Origin: an uncultured Gammaproteobacteria bacterium
GTDB lineage: Bacteria > Patescibacteriota > Patescibacteriia > UBA11705 > DATKZF01
Direction: 5' to 3'
DNA length: 64,000 nucleotides
Assembly: GCA_964411255.1 (NCBI GenBank)
Contig: CAYPKD010000003.1
Span: forward strand, 16,477-80,476
Of the stretch, positions 29,570 through 39,599 are shown in pieces. Both the position numbers and the translations under genes were made by a program. The notes under the pieces are model-generated. The model worked only from the letters and a program-made list of their open reading frames with translations. It had not been told where the DNA came from and did not search any database. Position 1 is the first letter of the stretch; each line of letters begins with the position of its first letter.

Positions 29570-30667
29570 ATGTACATTACAATGGCCCTAAATAGTATTG
29601 CTGAAAATTTGATTGCTATTTTCGTGCCGATTTATTTATGGCAGCTTGGATATTCAATCATTCAAATATTATTATTTTTTACGCTTTGGGCCATTTACTG
29701 GATACTGGTCTCTCCTCTGGTGGTTAAATTAATTAGTATTAAAGGAGAGAAACATACAATCTTTTATTCAAGTTTTTTTCTAATACTTTATTATTTAGGA
29801 TTATATTATATTGAGAGTTGGCCATGGCTTTTTTATTTGCTGCCTTTATTTGCGGCCAGCCGGGCATGTTTCTTCTGGATAGGCTGGCATGTGAACTTTG
29901 TTGAGCATGCTGATAGAAAAAGACAAGGCAGAGAAATCGCATTAATCCAGGGAATAGCCGTTCTGGCCAATTTTATTACGCCTCTTGTCGGTGGATCTAT
30001 TATTTTTTGGCTTGGGTGGCAATATGCTTTTATCATTGCGTCAATCGTTTTATTTTTCTCTGTCTGGCCCTTGCTACGAACCAAGGATACTCCTGAAAAA
30101 ATTAACTTTAATGTCAAACAAATTATAAAATGGATTTTTAATAAAAAACATTGGCGGATGAATTTATCATTTTTCGGATATGCGACAGAAGCAGCCATTG
30201 GCCGAGCATTGTGGCCCGTTTTCATTTTAGTTATTATTGGCAGTATTAACAAAGTCGGTGCTATTATTTCATTTTCAATGATAGCCTCAATGATTGTTTT
30301 ATATTTTATTGGTAAATTAACTGATAAAATGTCCAGGAGAAAAATCATTAAAGGTGCTACTGTTTTCTATGTTATTGGCTGGATTGGCAGAATATTTGCA
30401 GATTCAACTGGTTTTGTCTTTGGAATAGATACTTATAAAAATATTGCCGGTAAGGCAATAGATGTGCCATGGAGTTCAAGAATATATGATCTGGCTAAAA
30501 AGGAAAAATATTTCGAATTTATTGTGGCCAAAGAAATAATTTTTAGATTGTCCAGAATTTTAGTTCTGCCAATTTTAATGCTGCTTTTTTGGCAATTTGG
30601 GTTTGTTGCCTTTTTTATCAGTTTTGGAATAGCAGCAGTGCTGTCATTATTATATATGAGTTTGTAA
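29570..30667 (+). CDS. Polytopic membrane transporter, possibly MFS-like
   Basis: About 10-12 predicted TM helices. The likely start is M21 (MYITMALN) after AAGGAAA. The ORF track begins at 29510. Confidence 0.4.
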   Translation: MYITMALNSIAENLIAIFVPIYLWQLGYSIIQILLFFTLWAIYWILVSPLVVKLISIKGEKHTIFYSSFFLILYYLGLYYIESWPWLFYLLPLFAASRACFFWIGWHVNFVEHADRKRQGREIALIQGIAVLANFITPLVGGSIIFWLGWQYAFIIASIVLFFSVWPLLRTKDTPEKINFNVKQIIKWIFNKKHWRMNLSFFGYATEAAIGRALWPVFILVIIGSINKVGAIISFSMIASMIVLYFIGKLTDKMSRRKIIKGATVFYVIGWIGRIFADSTGFVFGIDTYKNIAGKAIDVPWSSRIYDLAKKEKYFEFIVAKEIIFRLSRILVLPILMLLFWQFGFVAFFISFGIAAVLSLLYMSL

Positions 30668-30670
30668 TTT

Positions 30671-32386
30671 ATGGAATTATCAATCACAACTTTGCAGATT
30701 ATTGGAGGAGCAAAAATAATGCTCTTTATTTTTGTGTTTTTATTAGTACTATTTATTTGGAAAAAAGCTAAACCCTGGATGTATTTGATAATAATTACCG
30801 CTGCTGTCGCTGGTTTTTATTATTTATTATCAGATTCCATGCAAAAAATGTTCTGGGCAAATAATGGTGATGAAGTATTTATATTTTCATTTTTAACTAA
30901 AGTATTGGCTGGTGATTATTTTACAGATTTTTATTATTCCCATTTGCCTCCATTTTATCCTCCCCTATATTTTTGGATTACAGGCACAGTAGCAAAAATT
31001 TTTACAGCTAACGGGATCATGGCTGCCAGAATTGGTACTTTTTTAACATTGTTAGTTTGGTTTATTGGTCCATACTTTTTCCAAAAATTATTTTGGCTAT
31101 TTGACCCAAAAAAAGAAAAACCCTCCATTATAAAATCCAAATGGTTTTGGTTATTGACTCCGATTATATTTTTTTTATCTGTAGACTTTGATGCCATAAT
31201 TTTAAAACCATATGAAACGCTGCCTGCGCTTTTATGCGTTTTACTAATTGGATTTATTGCTCAAAGTTTTGACTGGGATAAATGGTCTTGGAAAAACTAC
31301 ATTTTTATAGGCATAAGCGGCGGACTTTTATTTTTAACTTATTATTTCTGGTGGTTTATTTTAATCCCAGCAATATTTACTCTGGCATTACTTTCAGAAT
31401 ACAAATCAAAAAATATTTTGAGAATAATTTTATTTGGTTTAATTATTTTTATTATTTCAAGTCCTTATTTAATTCCTTTGCTGAAATCATACATAGAATT
31501 TGGAATGGAAAACTGGCAGGCAGCTTATTTTGTCCCACCTGACCTGTCAACATTTGTTCCCTGGTTTGATTTAAATTTAAAATCAATCATTCTAATTATC
31601 GGACTTATTGGACTTATCTGGTTTAGACGAAAAAAATTTATAAAAGCAAGTCTGGTTACTTTTGTATTTGCTTTTATTTATCAATTAATAAATGTATTAA
31701 TTTTCGCTTTTGGTGCAAAGCCAGCTCAAGCAGCAAAGCCGTTTTTATTTTTAGGTACAGCTTGTCTGACAATTGGCGCAGCATATTTAACAATTTATTT
31801 ATTTCAAAAATATACTGCAAAGCTTGAACTTAAATATCAAAAATCAATTGCGCTGATTTTAATTCTGCTTTTTATTCCATTAATGCCTTTTGTTAGATTC
31901 GTTGATGATCCTGTTGTTCAAAATCAAATTGAAAAAGATTTGAAAATTCCTGAAATAAAACCTCTGGCAGATTTTATAAAACAAAATATTGATTTCCAAG
32001 ACAGAATTTGGCTTTCAAGTGGCGCTCCTGAAATTAATGCATATATCCCATTAACCTATTATATTGCGCATAATCCTCATTTTAGCCATCATGCTGCTAA
32101 TTATTCAAAACGATTTACTGAAATTGAAAATATGACTCAAGCCCAGACGGCTGATAAATTTATGCAAATAATTCAGCAGGGACAGCCTCAAAAAATTGAC
32201 AGTCTCATATTATATTTTGATAAAACAACTAATACTTATCCATTATTTTTCTGGTCTGATAATTATCCAAATGGAGGCAAAGAACTTCGGCTTGATCTAC
32301 CTAAAAATTTAATTGATGAAAAATATTGGCAAAAGGTTTATAATGAAGATGAGTGGTATATTTTCATAAAAAAATATGAAAAATGA
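30671..32386 (+). CDS. Polytopic membrane protein, GT-C-fold glycosyltransferase-like (ArnT/PMT family)
   Basis: NGDEVFIF...SHLPPFYPPLYFW matches the DE...PPLYxW first-loop signature. 571 aa. Confidence 0.5.
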   Translation: MELSITTLQIIGGAKIMLFIFVFLLVLFIWKKAKPWMYLIIITAAVAGFYYLLSDSMQKMFWANNGDEVFIFSFLTKVLAGDYFTDFYYSHLPPFYPPLYFWITGTVAKIFTANGIMAARIGTFLTLLVWFIGPYFFQKLFWLFDPKKEKPSIIKSKWFWLLTPIIFFLSVDFDAIILKPYETLPALLCVLLIGFIAQSFDWDKWSWKNYIFIGISGGLLFLTYYFWWFILIPAIFTLALLSEYKSKNILRIILFGLIIFIISSPYLIPLLKSYIEFGMENWQAAYFVPPDLSTFVPWFDLNLKSIILIIGLIGLIWFRRKKFIKASLVTFVFAFIYQLINVLIFAFGAKPAQAAKPFLFLGTACLTIGAAYLTIYLFQKYTAKLELKYQKSIALILILLFIPLMPFVRFVDDPVVQNQIEKDLKIPEIKPLADFIKQNIDFQDRIWLSSGAPEINAYIPLTYYIAHNPHFSHHAANYSKRFTEIENMTQAQTADKFMQIIQQGQPQKIDSLILYFDKTTNTYPLFFWSDNYPNGGKELRLDLPKNLIDEKYWQKVYNEDEWYIFIKKYEK

Positions 32387-33779
32387 AAAACTTTTTGATT
32401 TATTTCAAAAAGAACAACAATACTTAAAAAGAATAGAAAAAGATCATCCCGAACTTTTTGAATCACAGCTTCAAATTGATTCAAAACAGACTTTAGAAAA
32501 AGTGGGTATTGCCTTTCCATTCAGTAACATGCCTTTAGGATATTTAAAGTATCATCCTTTTGATTTTATTGTTGAGGAAATCCAAAAAGATCAACAAATC
32601 AGTACAATTGAATTTGAAAAAAATGTAATAGAAGATACTGAGCAAGAATATTCAACAATTTACGCAGACTTAGTTAAAATTGGAATCTCAACCATTGATG
32701 CTGTAAATGAACTGGCAACTCTATTAAATATTAAGCCTGAAAAAATAGGTACTGCTGGCATAAAAGATCAAAATGCTGTTACCAGCCAACGAATAAGCCT
32801 TAGAGGAGTAACATTAGAAAAAGTTCAGAATTTACGACCAAAAAACTTTTTTCTAAAAAATCTGGAACTGGGAAAAGGAGCTATTCAAATAGGAAATCTG
32901 GCTGGCAACAGATTTACTATTTTTATCAGAACAAAAGAACAAATCAGCCAAGAGCAAATAGAAACGCACATAAAAAAGGTGGAAAAAAACGGTTTTTGGA
33001 ATTTTTATTGGCTGCAGCGGTTTGGCAATCGACTAATATCCCATTACTGGGGATTATTTTTAATGCAGGGAAATTATGAAAAATGCGTTCATTCTTATTT
33101 TTGCGATATTGGAGACAGGGATTTGGGTTTTTTCCAGCAACTTCGCCAACAAGCGCAAAAATATTATGGTAATTGGCAGGACTTATACAAATTATTTCAA
33201 AATCTGCCATACTCATTGCGATATGAACTTTTAATGCTTGAGCATCTGATGAAAAATCCAAAAGATTTTACTGGTGCATTAAATACAGTTCCAGACCAAA
33301 TTCGACTCTGGGTATATGCTTATGCCAGTTATCTTTATAACAGCCTACTTTCTTATTATGCAACTGAAAATGTTAAATGCCCTCAAACATTGCCTTTGGT
33401 ATTAAGTATGAATTCTGCTGACCAAAAACCATATGAAGCGTTCCTAAAAGCAGATAAAGTGCCAATTAAATTTGGATTAAACTTAAAACCTTTTCCATAT
33501 GTACGATTATCTTCCCGGCAGGTAAATGCCCAGATGAATTATAAAATTTTAGGTGTAAAAGGACTTAAGGAAGGAATTGCAATCAGTTTTACCCTGGATA
33601 AAGGATCTTATGCCACAACCTTTTTAGCCCATCTATTTACCTTAACTGGTGGTGTGCCAATTCCAGATTGGCTTAATGATCAAAAATACGATTTTAAAAA
33701 ACTTTTAGATGTTGGTTCAATAAAAAACACTTATCAGTACTTAGAGCAATACATTGTAGAACGCGAAGATATTATTTAA
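32376..33779 (+). CDS. truD: tRNA pseudouridine synthase D (TruD/Pus7 family)
   Basis: AGIKDQNAVTSQRIS matches the catalytic GxKDxxAxTxQ motif of TruD. The terminator GACCCCGTAAACC...GGTTACGGGGCTTTTTTT follows. Confidence 0.65.
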   Translation: MKNEKLFDLFQKEQQYLKRIEKDHPELFESQLQIDSKQTLEKVGIAFPFSNMPLGYLKYHPFDFIVEEIQKDQQISTIEFEKNVIEDTEQEYSTIYADLVKIGISTIDAVNELATLLNIKPEKIGTAGIKDQNAVTSQRISLRGVTLEKVQNLRPKNFFLKNLELGKGAIQIGNLAGNRFTIFIRTKEQISQEQIETHIKKVEKNGFWNFYWLQRFGNRLISHYWGLFLMQGNYEKCVHSYFCDIGDRDLGFFQQLRQQAQKYYGNWQDLYKLFQNLPYSLRYELLMLEHLMKNPKDFTGALNTVPDQIRLWVYAYASYLYNSLLSYYATENVKCPQTLPLVLSMNSADQKPYEAFLKADKVPIKFGLNLKPFPYVRLSSRQVNAQMNYKILGVKGLKEGIAISFTLDKGSYATTFLAHLFTLTGGVPIPDWLNDQKYDFKKLLDVGSIKNTYQYLEQYIVEREDII

Positions 33780-33886
33780 GATTAAATAAATAGCTGTTGC
33801 CATCTGTTAATCTGTTTTTATCAATCTTCTAATCCTGTAAACAAAGACCCCGTAAACCATATTAGGTTACGGGGCTTTTTTTGAAC

Positions 33887-34423
33887 TTAGAGCTCAGTCA
33901 GACTCCACTCTTCGTTCTGGAAGTGTAGGGCCTGCTGTGCATTCTTGCCTACCTGGCGCTGTGTCACATTGACCGTAATTGGCCGGCCAGGTGCATTTTT
34001 CCAGACATAGCAGTTCGCCCAGGGACTTTCCAGCCGGTCATCAACGTACGACTTTTGGCTGTCAGTCAGCGGCATCACATCACCTTCAGAGAAAACCAGC
34101 CTCAGAAATCCTCCTCGGCTCTGTTTATTATCAAAGGTCTTGACATACCAGCCAACTGAAGTTAGCTCCAGCCCAACAGCCTGAAGGTCAGGATCCAGGG
34201 TCCTCAGACTGATGCTCGAATCTTCCATTTTCAAAATGCAAAGTCCGTCATCATCCTTGTTTCCCAATGCCCGCTGACTCCTCGGATCCTTTCCCTCATC
34301 CATAGCACCAAGTGCACGGTCAAGGTCAAGAACCTCTTCCTTCTGTCTGTCAAACTGAACGAAGAGAGACCTGCAGCGACCAAGCTGCTTGTCATTGAGC
34401 TTGAGATTCAAAAATACACGCAT
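33887..34423 (-). CDS. Hypothetical protein in a GC-rich (about 50%) orphan gene
   Basis: The likely start is M32 (MRVFLNLK) at 34423, with AGGAGAAAG 7 nt upstream. GC is clearly above the flanking genes. Confidence 0.4.
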   Translation of the reverse strand: MRVFLNLKLNDKQLGRCRSLFVQFDRQKEEVLDLDRALGAMDEGKDPRSQRALGNKDDDGLCILKMEDSSISLRTLDPDLQAVGLELTSVGWYVKTFDNKQSRGGFLRLVFSEGDVMPLTDSQKSYVDDRLESPWANCYVWKNAPGRPITVNVTQRQVGKNAQQALHFQNEEWSLTEL

Positions 34424-34590
34424 TGTCTTTCTCCTATTTTTTTCAATGTATTGTGAAAATTCCGAAAGAACTGAATATAAAATTATATCAAATATATTAA
34501 TTTTTGTCAATGACAAAATGCTATTTATTGCCTAAATTAAGTAAAAAATCCGATTTTTCATCGGATTTTCTTTATATATGTTTCCCTAAT

Positions 34591-37500
34591 TTATTCACTA
34601 ATTTTCTCAGCTTCTTTCAAATCCAAGGACAATACCCTGGATACGCCATCATCTCCCATTGAAACTCCATATAAAATATCAGCTGCATGCATTATTACCC
34701 TATTATGAGTAATTACTAAAAATTGAGTTTTGTACGACAATTCATTTAAAATATTTGCAAAACGCTCAGAATTCGCCTCGTCTAAAGCAGCGTCAACTTC
34801 ATCCATTACTACAAACGGAGAAGGATTGCTATCAATTATGGCGCATAAAAGAGCAATTGAGGTCATAGTCCGCTCTCCGCCAGACAAAGCAGTGATGTTA
34901 CTAATTTTTTTATTTGGCGGTGAAACCATAATTTCAATACCTTGTGTAACTTGCTTTATTATTTTTTCTAATTGTTTGTCTTTTTCATCAACTTCTTCTT
35001 CAAGTTCTGCTTCAGCCTGAGCCTGCTCTGCTTCGGTTTTTGGCTCAACTTTTGGCTTTGGCTTATCTTCTATCTGCTGCAATACTAATTTGGCTTTTCC
35101 TCCTTGAAATATTTTTATAAAATAATGCTGAAATGATTTATTTATTTTTTTAAATGACGATTCGAACTGACTTTTAATAACCTTATCCAGTTCAAAGATA
35201 ACTTTTTCCAAATCATCAATTGCTTTTTCCATATCCTTTACCTGTGTATTTAAAAATTCATATCGTTCTTTAACCTCCTCATATTCACTTACAATTTCCG
35301 GATCAATACCTCCGATTAAATCCAAATTATGCTTTAGTTTTCCTATTTCATGCCATAGCTGGTCAATATTTATGATTGTTTTATCAACTGGCAAATTTTC
35401 CGGCTTATATTCTGATCCCAGTTCCTGTAAAATTTCTTTCAGTAGATCTTCAGTCTTAGCTTCAAGTTTGGCCAGCATAATTTTTGCCTGATTTACCTTA
35501 TCAGTAATTTCATTTACTTCAAACTGTTTTTTTTGCATTTGTTCTTGCAATTTAAATACCTGTTCTGTCTTTTTTTCTTCCTCCAGATTGAATTTATCAA
35601 TTTTATTTTTGCTATTTATTATTTTTTTCTCCAATTGCTGCAAATTATCTTCAAGCTCTTTTTTTTGCTCATTAACTTGGGTTAAAAACTTCGGCTGATC
35701 TTTCGGAGAAAGTTTGTTTTCCTCCAGCTGCATTTGAATTTTCCTTTTTTCAACCTGCAAACTGCCTAAATCGTTTCGTAACCCTTTTTCTTTTGTTGAA
35801 TTTACTTCAATTTCAATTTTAAGCTCATTGATATCATTAAGCAGAGCCCCCTTTTCTTTTTGTTGATTGTTTAATTTATTTTTTAATGTTTCAATTTCCT
35901 TCATTTTCGTTTCCTGAGATACTGCCTGCGCAATTTCTCTTGCACCGAAGCTAAAGGCCGCCTCTTTTACCCTTTTATATCCACCCCGAATAGATCCAAT
36001 CCTTTCCACTAGCTCGCCTTCTAATGTCACCATTCTGGCATTGCCAAATCCTATTTGCTTTGCTGATTCCATTTCATCAACAATAATTGTATCACCTAAC
36101 ACGTATTCAAATATTTTTTTATATTTTGGATCAAAAGAAATTAAATCAATTGCTTTGGCAATTGCCCCTTTTTCCGATAATAATTTCTTAATCTCTCCGT
36201 TAGCTGCTCTTGGCCTAATTTTATTCAAAGGAAAAAAAGTTATCACTCCAAGCTTATTATCCTTTAAATAATTAATACATTTTATAGCCACCTCTTCGTT
36301 TTGAACCACGACTGAACCGAGACGGCCTCCAGCCGCAGTTTCCAAGGCTGTCTGGTACATTTCTTCAACATTGCCCAGCTGGCTAACTGTGCCGAAAATC
36401 CCTTTAATAAAATTTTTCTGGCGTAAAATAGCTGAAACTGCCTGCTGATTTGCTGAATAGCCCACTCCCTGCTGACCCTTCATTTTTGCTAGATCTATCT
36501 GGGCTGCTTCTAAATTATTTGACAACAAAGAAATGTCACTCAAAACCTGCTGATAATTTTTTTCTTTTTCATCTAAAACCTCCTTTTGATGGTCAATTTT
36601 TGTTTGGATGTGCCCTAAATTTTCAGTTATTTCATTCAATCTTTTAATCAATTCTTCCCTTTTCTCTTCAAGCCATGAAATGTTTTGTTTTCCTAATTTA
36701 GAGTATTCCAGCTTTGACTTGCCTTTTAATACTGCCAGCTCGCCAAGTAGCTGATTCTTTTCTGTCTGTAGCTTATTATATTCTTTTTGCAAATTATTAA
36801 AAATGTCTTTTCTTGATTCTTGTTTTGCCAATTTCCCTAAATTATCCTGAATTTCATTTAATTCTAGAGTTGCCTCTTGCCTAACCTTGTCCTGAACTGA
36901 AAACTCCTGGCTGTATTTGTCCTTTTTTTCCTTAATATCATTCCATAAATAACCATAATATTTTTCCTGCAATTCTGTTAAACTCTTTTCTAATTCTTTT
37001 CTTTTTTCCAGTTTTTTAACCTGTCTGGTCAAAGACCGTAGCCGAGGTTCAAGCTCAGCCAAAATATTATTTGATTGATCCAAATTATCTCGTGTTCTTT
37101 TTAATTTATTCACCGCTTGATCCCTTTTTATCTGATATTGCTTAATGCCAGTTGCTTCATCAAAAAATTCTTTTCTTTCATTTGGAGAAATATTAATAAT
37201 ATAATCAACCATGCCCTGTCCAATAATTGAATAACTTTTTTGTCCAAAATTTGCCTTTGCCAAAAGCATTAAAATATCAAAAAGCCTGACTTTATTTTTA
37301 TTAATCAAATATTCACCCTCGCCATCACGATAAACACGCCGGGTTATTACCACTTCTGAATATTCAATTGGAATTTTGCCATCTTCATTATTTAAAAACA
37401 AAGAAGCTTCAGCAAAACCCTGCCGGGCCAAACTGGACGAGCCGGAAAATATTACGTCTTCTGACTTTTTACCACGAAGAAGCTTGAGACTCTGCTCGCC

Positions 37501-37671
37501 TAAAACCCAGCGAACAGCATCAGCAATATTAGATTTTCCAGAACCATTTGGGCCGACAATGGCCGTAACACTTTTGGCCTTTGCATCTTTATGAGATTTG
37601 TCAGGAAATTCTAAAACAGTCTTTCTGGCAAAAGATTTGAATCCTTGAAGTTCGATCTTAGATAAATACAT
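34591..37671 (-). CDS. smc: Chromosome segregation protein SMC
   Basis: N-terminal Walker A is GPNGSGKSN. There are long coiled coils and a hinge. The C-terminal LSGGERTMTSIALL...VMDEVDAALD gives the signature and Walker B motifs. 1026 aa. Confidence 0.85.
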   Translation of the reverse strand: MYLSKIELQGFKSFARKTVLEFPDKSHKDAKAKSVTAIVGPNGSGKSNIADAVRWVLGEQSLKLLRGKKSEDVIFSGSSSLARQGFAEASLFLNNEDGKIPIEYSEVVITRRVYRDGEGEYLINKNKVRLFDILMLLAKANFGQKSYSIIGQGMVDYIINISPNERKEFFDEATGIKQYQIKRDQAVNKLKRTRDNLDQSNNILAELEPRLRSLTRQVKKLEKRKELEKSLTELQEKYYGYLWNDIKEKKDKYSQEFSVQDKVRQEATLELNEIQDNLGKLAKQESRKDIFNNLQKEYNKLQTEKNQLLGELAVLKGKSKLEYSKLGKQNISWLEEKREELIKRLNEITENLGHIQTKIDHQKEVLDEKEKNYQQVLSDISLLSNNLEAAQIDLAKMKGQQGVGYSANQQAVSAILRQKNFIKGIFGTVSQLGNVEEMYQTALETAAGGRLGSVVVQNEEVAIKCINYLKDNKLGVITFFPLNKIRPRAANGEIKKLLSEKGAIAKAIDLISFDPKYKKIFEYVLGDTIIVDEMESAKQIGFGNARMVTLEGELVERIGSIRGGYKRVKEAAFSFGAREIAQAVSQETKMKEIETLKNKLNNQQKEKGALLNDINELKIEIEVNSTKEKGLRNDLGSLQVEKRKIQMQLEENKLSPKDQPKFLTQVNEQKKELEDNLQQLEKKIINSKNKIDKFNLEEEKKTEQVFKLQEQMQKKQFEVNEITDKVNQAKIMLAKLEAKTEDLLKEILQELGSEYKPENLPVDKTIINIDQLWHEIGKLKHNLDLIGGIDPEIVSEYEEVKERYEFLNTQVKDMEKAIDDLEKVIFELDKVIKSQFESSFKKINKSFQHYFIKIFQGGKAKLVLQQIEDKPKPKVEPKTEAEQAQAEAELEEEVDEKDKQLEKIIKQVTQGIEIMVSPPNKKISNITALSGGERTMTSIALLCAIIDSNPSPFVVMDEVDAALDEANSERFANILNELSYKTQFLVITHNRVIMHAADILYGVSMGDDGVSRVLSLDLKEAEKISE

Positions 37672-37822
37672 AAATAAAAAAAGAATCGACTTATTCTTAT
37701 AAAATTATACCTTATTTTTAAAGCTCAAACAAGCTCAATTTGGGATAATTTAAAATTAAAACCAGCAGTGAAATGCTTCACTGCTGGGCTATGGATCATG
37801 AGCAGACTGGCTGCTCTAATGA

Positions 37823-39433
37823 TCAATTGACTTTTGGACTCCAGCTTCGGATCCGAGTAACTGCCTGTACTCCATCCTCTTCGAAAAGAGGAATAAAGCT
37901 CAGCAGCTTGTCAGACCAGCCAGCCAAAGTGGCCACCTTCTGGTCGCTTTCACAGAACTGGGCAGTTCCATAACCAGCCAAATCCACTGAGTAGAGGACT
38001 ACTCTGGGATTTACCTGATGACGGTATCTTTCCAGCTCAACCGCAAGCGATGTCTGGCGTCCTCGGTGTAGCGGGATGTAACACTGCATGTCAGAAAACA
38101 GGATTATCCTGTCAACACGAGTGTTTGTCCTCCGCAGATGCCGAACAGCCTCGAACGCATGGGTTGCGTGTTCAACATCAGTCTTGGCAAACCGACGCAT
38201 GTTGGTGATAATAGAATCGCAAGGATTCACATTCACCACCTTATGGTAGGTGCCAAACACTGATGTCACTGCCTGGTCGCACATTGTGTGAGCAATGGAA
38301 CCAAGCAGATTTGCCACGTCCTTACACGTCACCGAGGACTTTTCCGAAAGTGTGCCGTTCATTGACGCTGAATTATCCATGGTAATAAATGAGACACCCG
38401 GCAGGCGGGGCAAATTCACCACAGACGCTTCAAGAGCCAAGGAAACCGCCTTCAGCACCTGCTGTACTTGCGGGTGCTGCAACTTCTCTACCTCGCGAAA
38501 GGCAGACAAGAACCGGAACGGCAGCTGCTTTGAGTACTTCACCCTTTCAGGATCAGCAATCATTGCCAGTACCTTATCCAGCTCTGCGCCCTTCTCGAGG
38601 AGGTTGCGCAAATTCCTCAACGCTGCCATATACGGCAGGTTCAGAGCATTCCAGACTTCAGCCCGAGAGCCAAACTTGGAAGTCAGAACCTCCCAGGTAG
38701 CGTGGGACTTGCGTGCCAGCTCTTTAGCCTCGTCATCAAACGTCTCCTTGCGGAGAAGTGCGTGCTTGGCAGCCAGAAGCGGCAGAAGTTCAGGATTGAG
38801 TTCTCCCTTGACCAAGTAGCGGAACAAAGCGCTATGCTTTTCCGTCTTGGGCTTGGGCCGAACAATTCGCAGCATGTCTCGGAAGGTGACTGCACGCTTC
38901 TTCCGATCATACTTGGCGAATTGATACTCGTCAAACGAATACAGCGCATCAGCGATTCCCTTTGACAGGGATTTGGGAAAGGCATGCATACCGCCAGCCT
39001 CGCCCTTATCGCCAATAGAGCCGTGTCGCTTGACCCAGTAGCCAATGACCTCAGAGAGTTCATCAGCCCGTTGCAGAATTTGCGGCGTCCATTTGCGAAC
39101 AAATGGCTTGCACTGGGGAATGGCAGCAGCTTCTGCAAGCAGAACCACTGACACACTCCGCATGTACATTACCTGGCGCGCATAGGCAGCCAGTCGCAAC
39201 ACAAATTCCGGGTCGACCGCTGCCACCAGCTTGATATCCTCAAGCAGGCCAGCGTCGTGATCCTGAGCAGACTGGTAAAAAGTCTTCTCAGCCACGAAAG
39301 TTGACATGACGCGCGTATAAAGCCGCGTCAAGGGGGTGAGCTCAAAAGCAAGCCCGCCCTCAAAATTTACTGTTGCATCTGGCCGGTTGGCCAGGTCCGC
39401 TGCGACCGATGTCTGACGATTAAACTTCGTCAT
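37823..39433 (-). CDS. rsr: Ro60/TROVE-domain ribonucleoprotein homolog (bacterial Rsr-like) with a C-terminal vWA/MIDAS domain
   Basis: 536 aa, the typical Ro60 length. The C-terminal FITMDNSASMNG gives the DxSxS MIDAS motif and the N-terminal region NFEGGLAFELTP resembles the TROVE N-terminus. GC is about 55%. The terminator CAGCAGTGAAGCATTTCACTGCTG plus T-run lies on the minus strand at about 37763-37786. Confidence 0.6.
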   Translation of the reverse strand: MTKFNRQTSVAADLANRPDATVNFEGGLAFELTPLTRLYTRVMSTFVAEKTFYQSAQDHDAGLLEDIKLVAAVDPEFVLRLAAYARQVMYMRSVSVVLLAEAAAIPQCKPFVRKWTPQILQRADELSEVIGYWVKRHGSIGDKGEAGGMHAFPKSLSKGIADALYSFDEYQFAKYDRKKRAVTFRDMLRIVRPKPKTEKHSALFRYLVKGELNPELLPLLAAKHALLRKETFDDEAKELARKSHATWEVLTSKFGSRAEVWNALNLPYMAALRNLRNLLEKGAELDKVLAMIADPERVKYSKQLPFRFLSAFREVEKLQHPQVQQVLKAVSLALEASVVNLPRLPGVSFITMDNSASMNGTLSEKSSVTCKDVANLLGSIAHTMCDQAVTSVFGTYHKVVNVNPCDSIITNMRRFAKTDVEHATHAFEAVRHLRRTNTRVDRIILFSDMQCYIPLHRGRQTSLAVELERYRHQVNPRVVLYSVDLAGYGTAQFCESDQKVATLAGWSDKLLSFIPLFEEDGVQAVTRIRSWSPKVN

Positions 39434-39599
39434 CCCACACCTCCTGTGTGATACCAGGGGAAACTACGGCCTTCTGGCTCTAAAAACATTGTTATTTTTA
39501 GAGCCACAATCACATAGTCTCAAAATTTTTCACAAAAAAAATTACTGAAAATAAACTCCTTTATCAGTAATCGTCCATAGCATGGATAAAGTTTCAATT

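Noticed and set aside
38295-39156. ORFs of 103-174 aa on both strands inside rsr
   Set aside because: They are spurious open frames favoured by the high GC of the island. They overlap a 536-aa gene with coherent domain structure.
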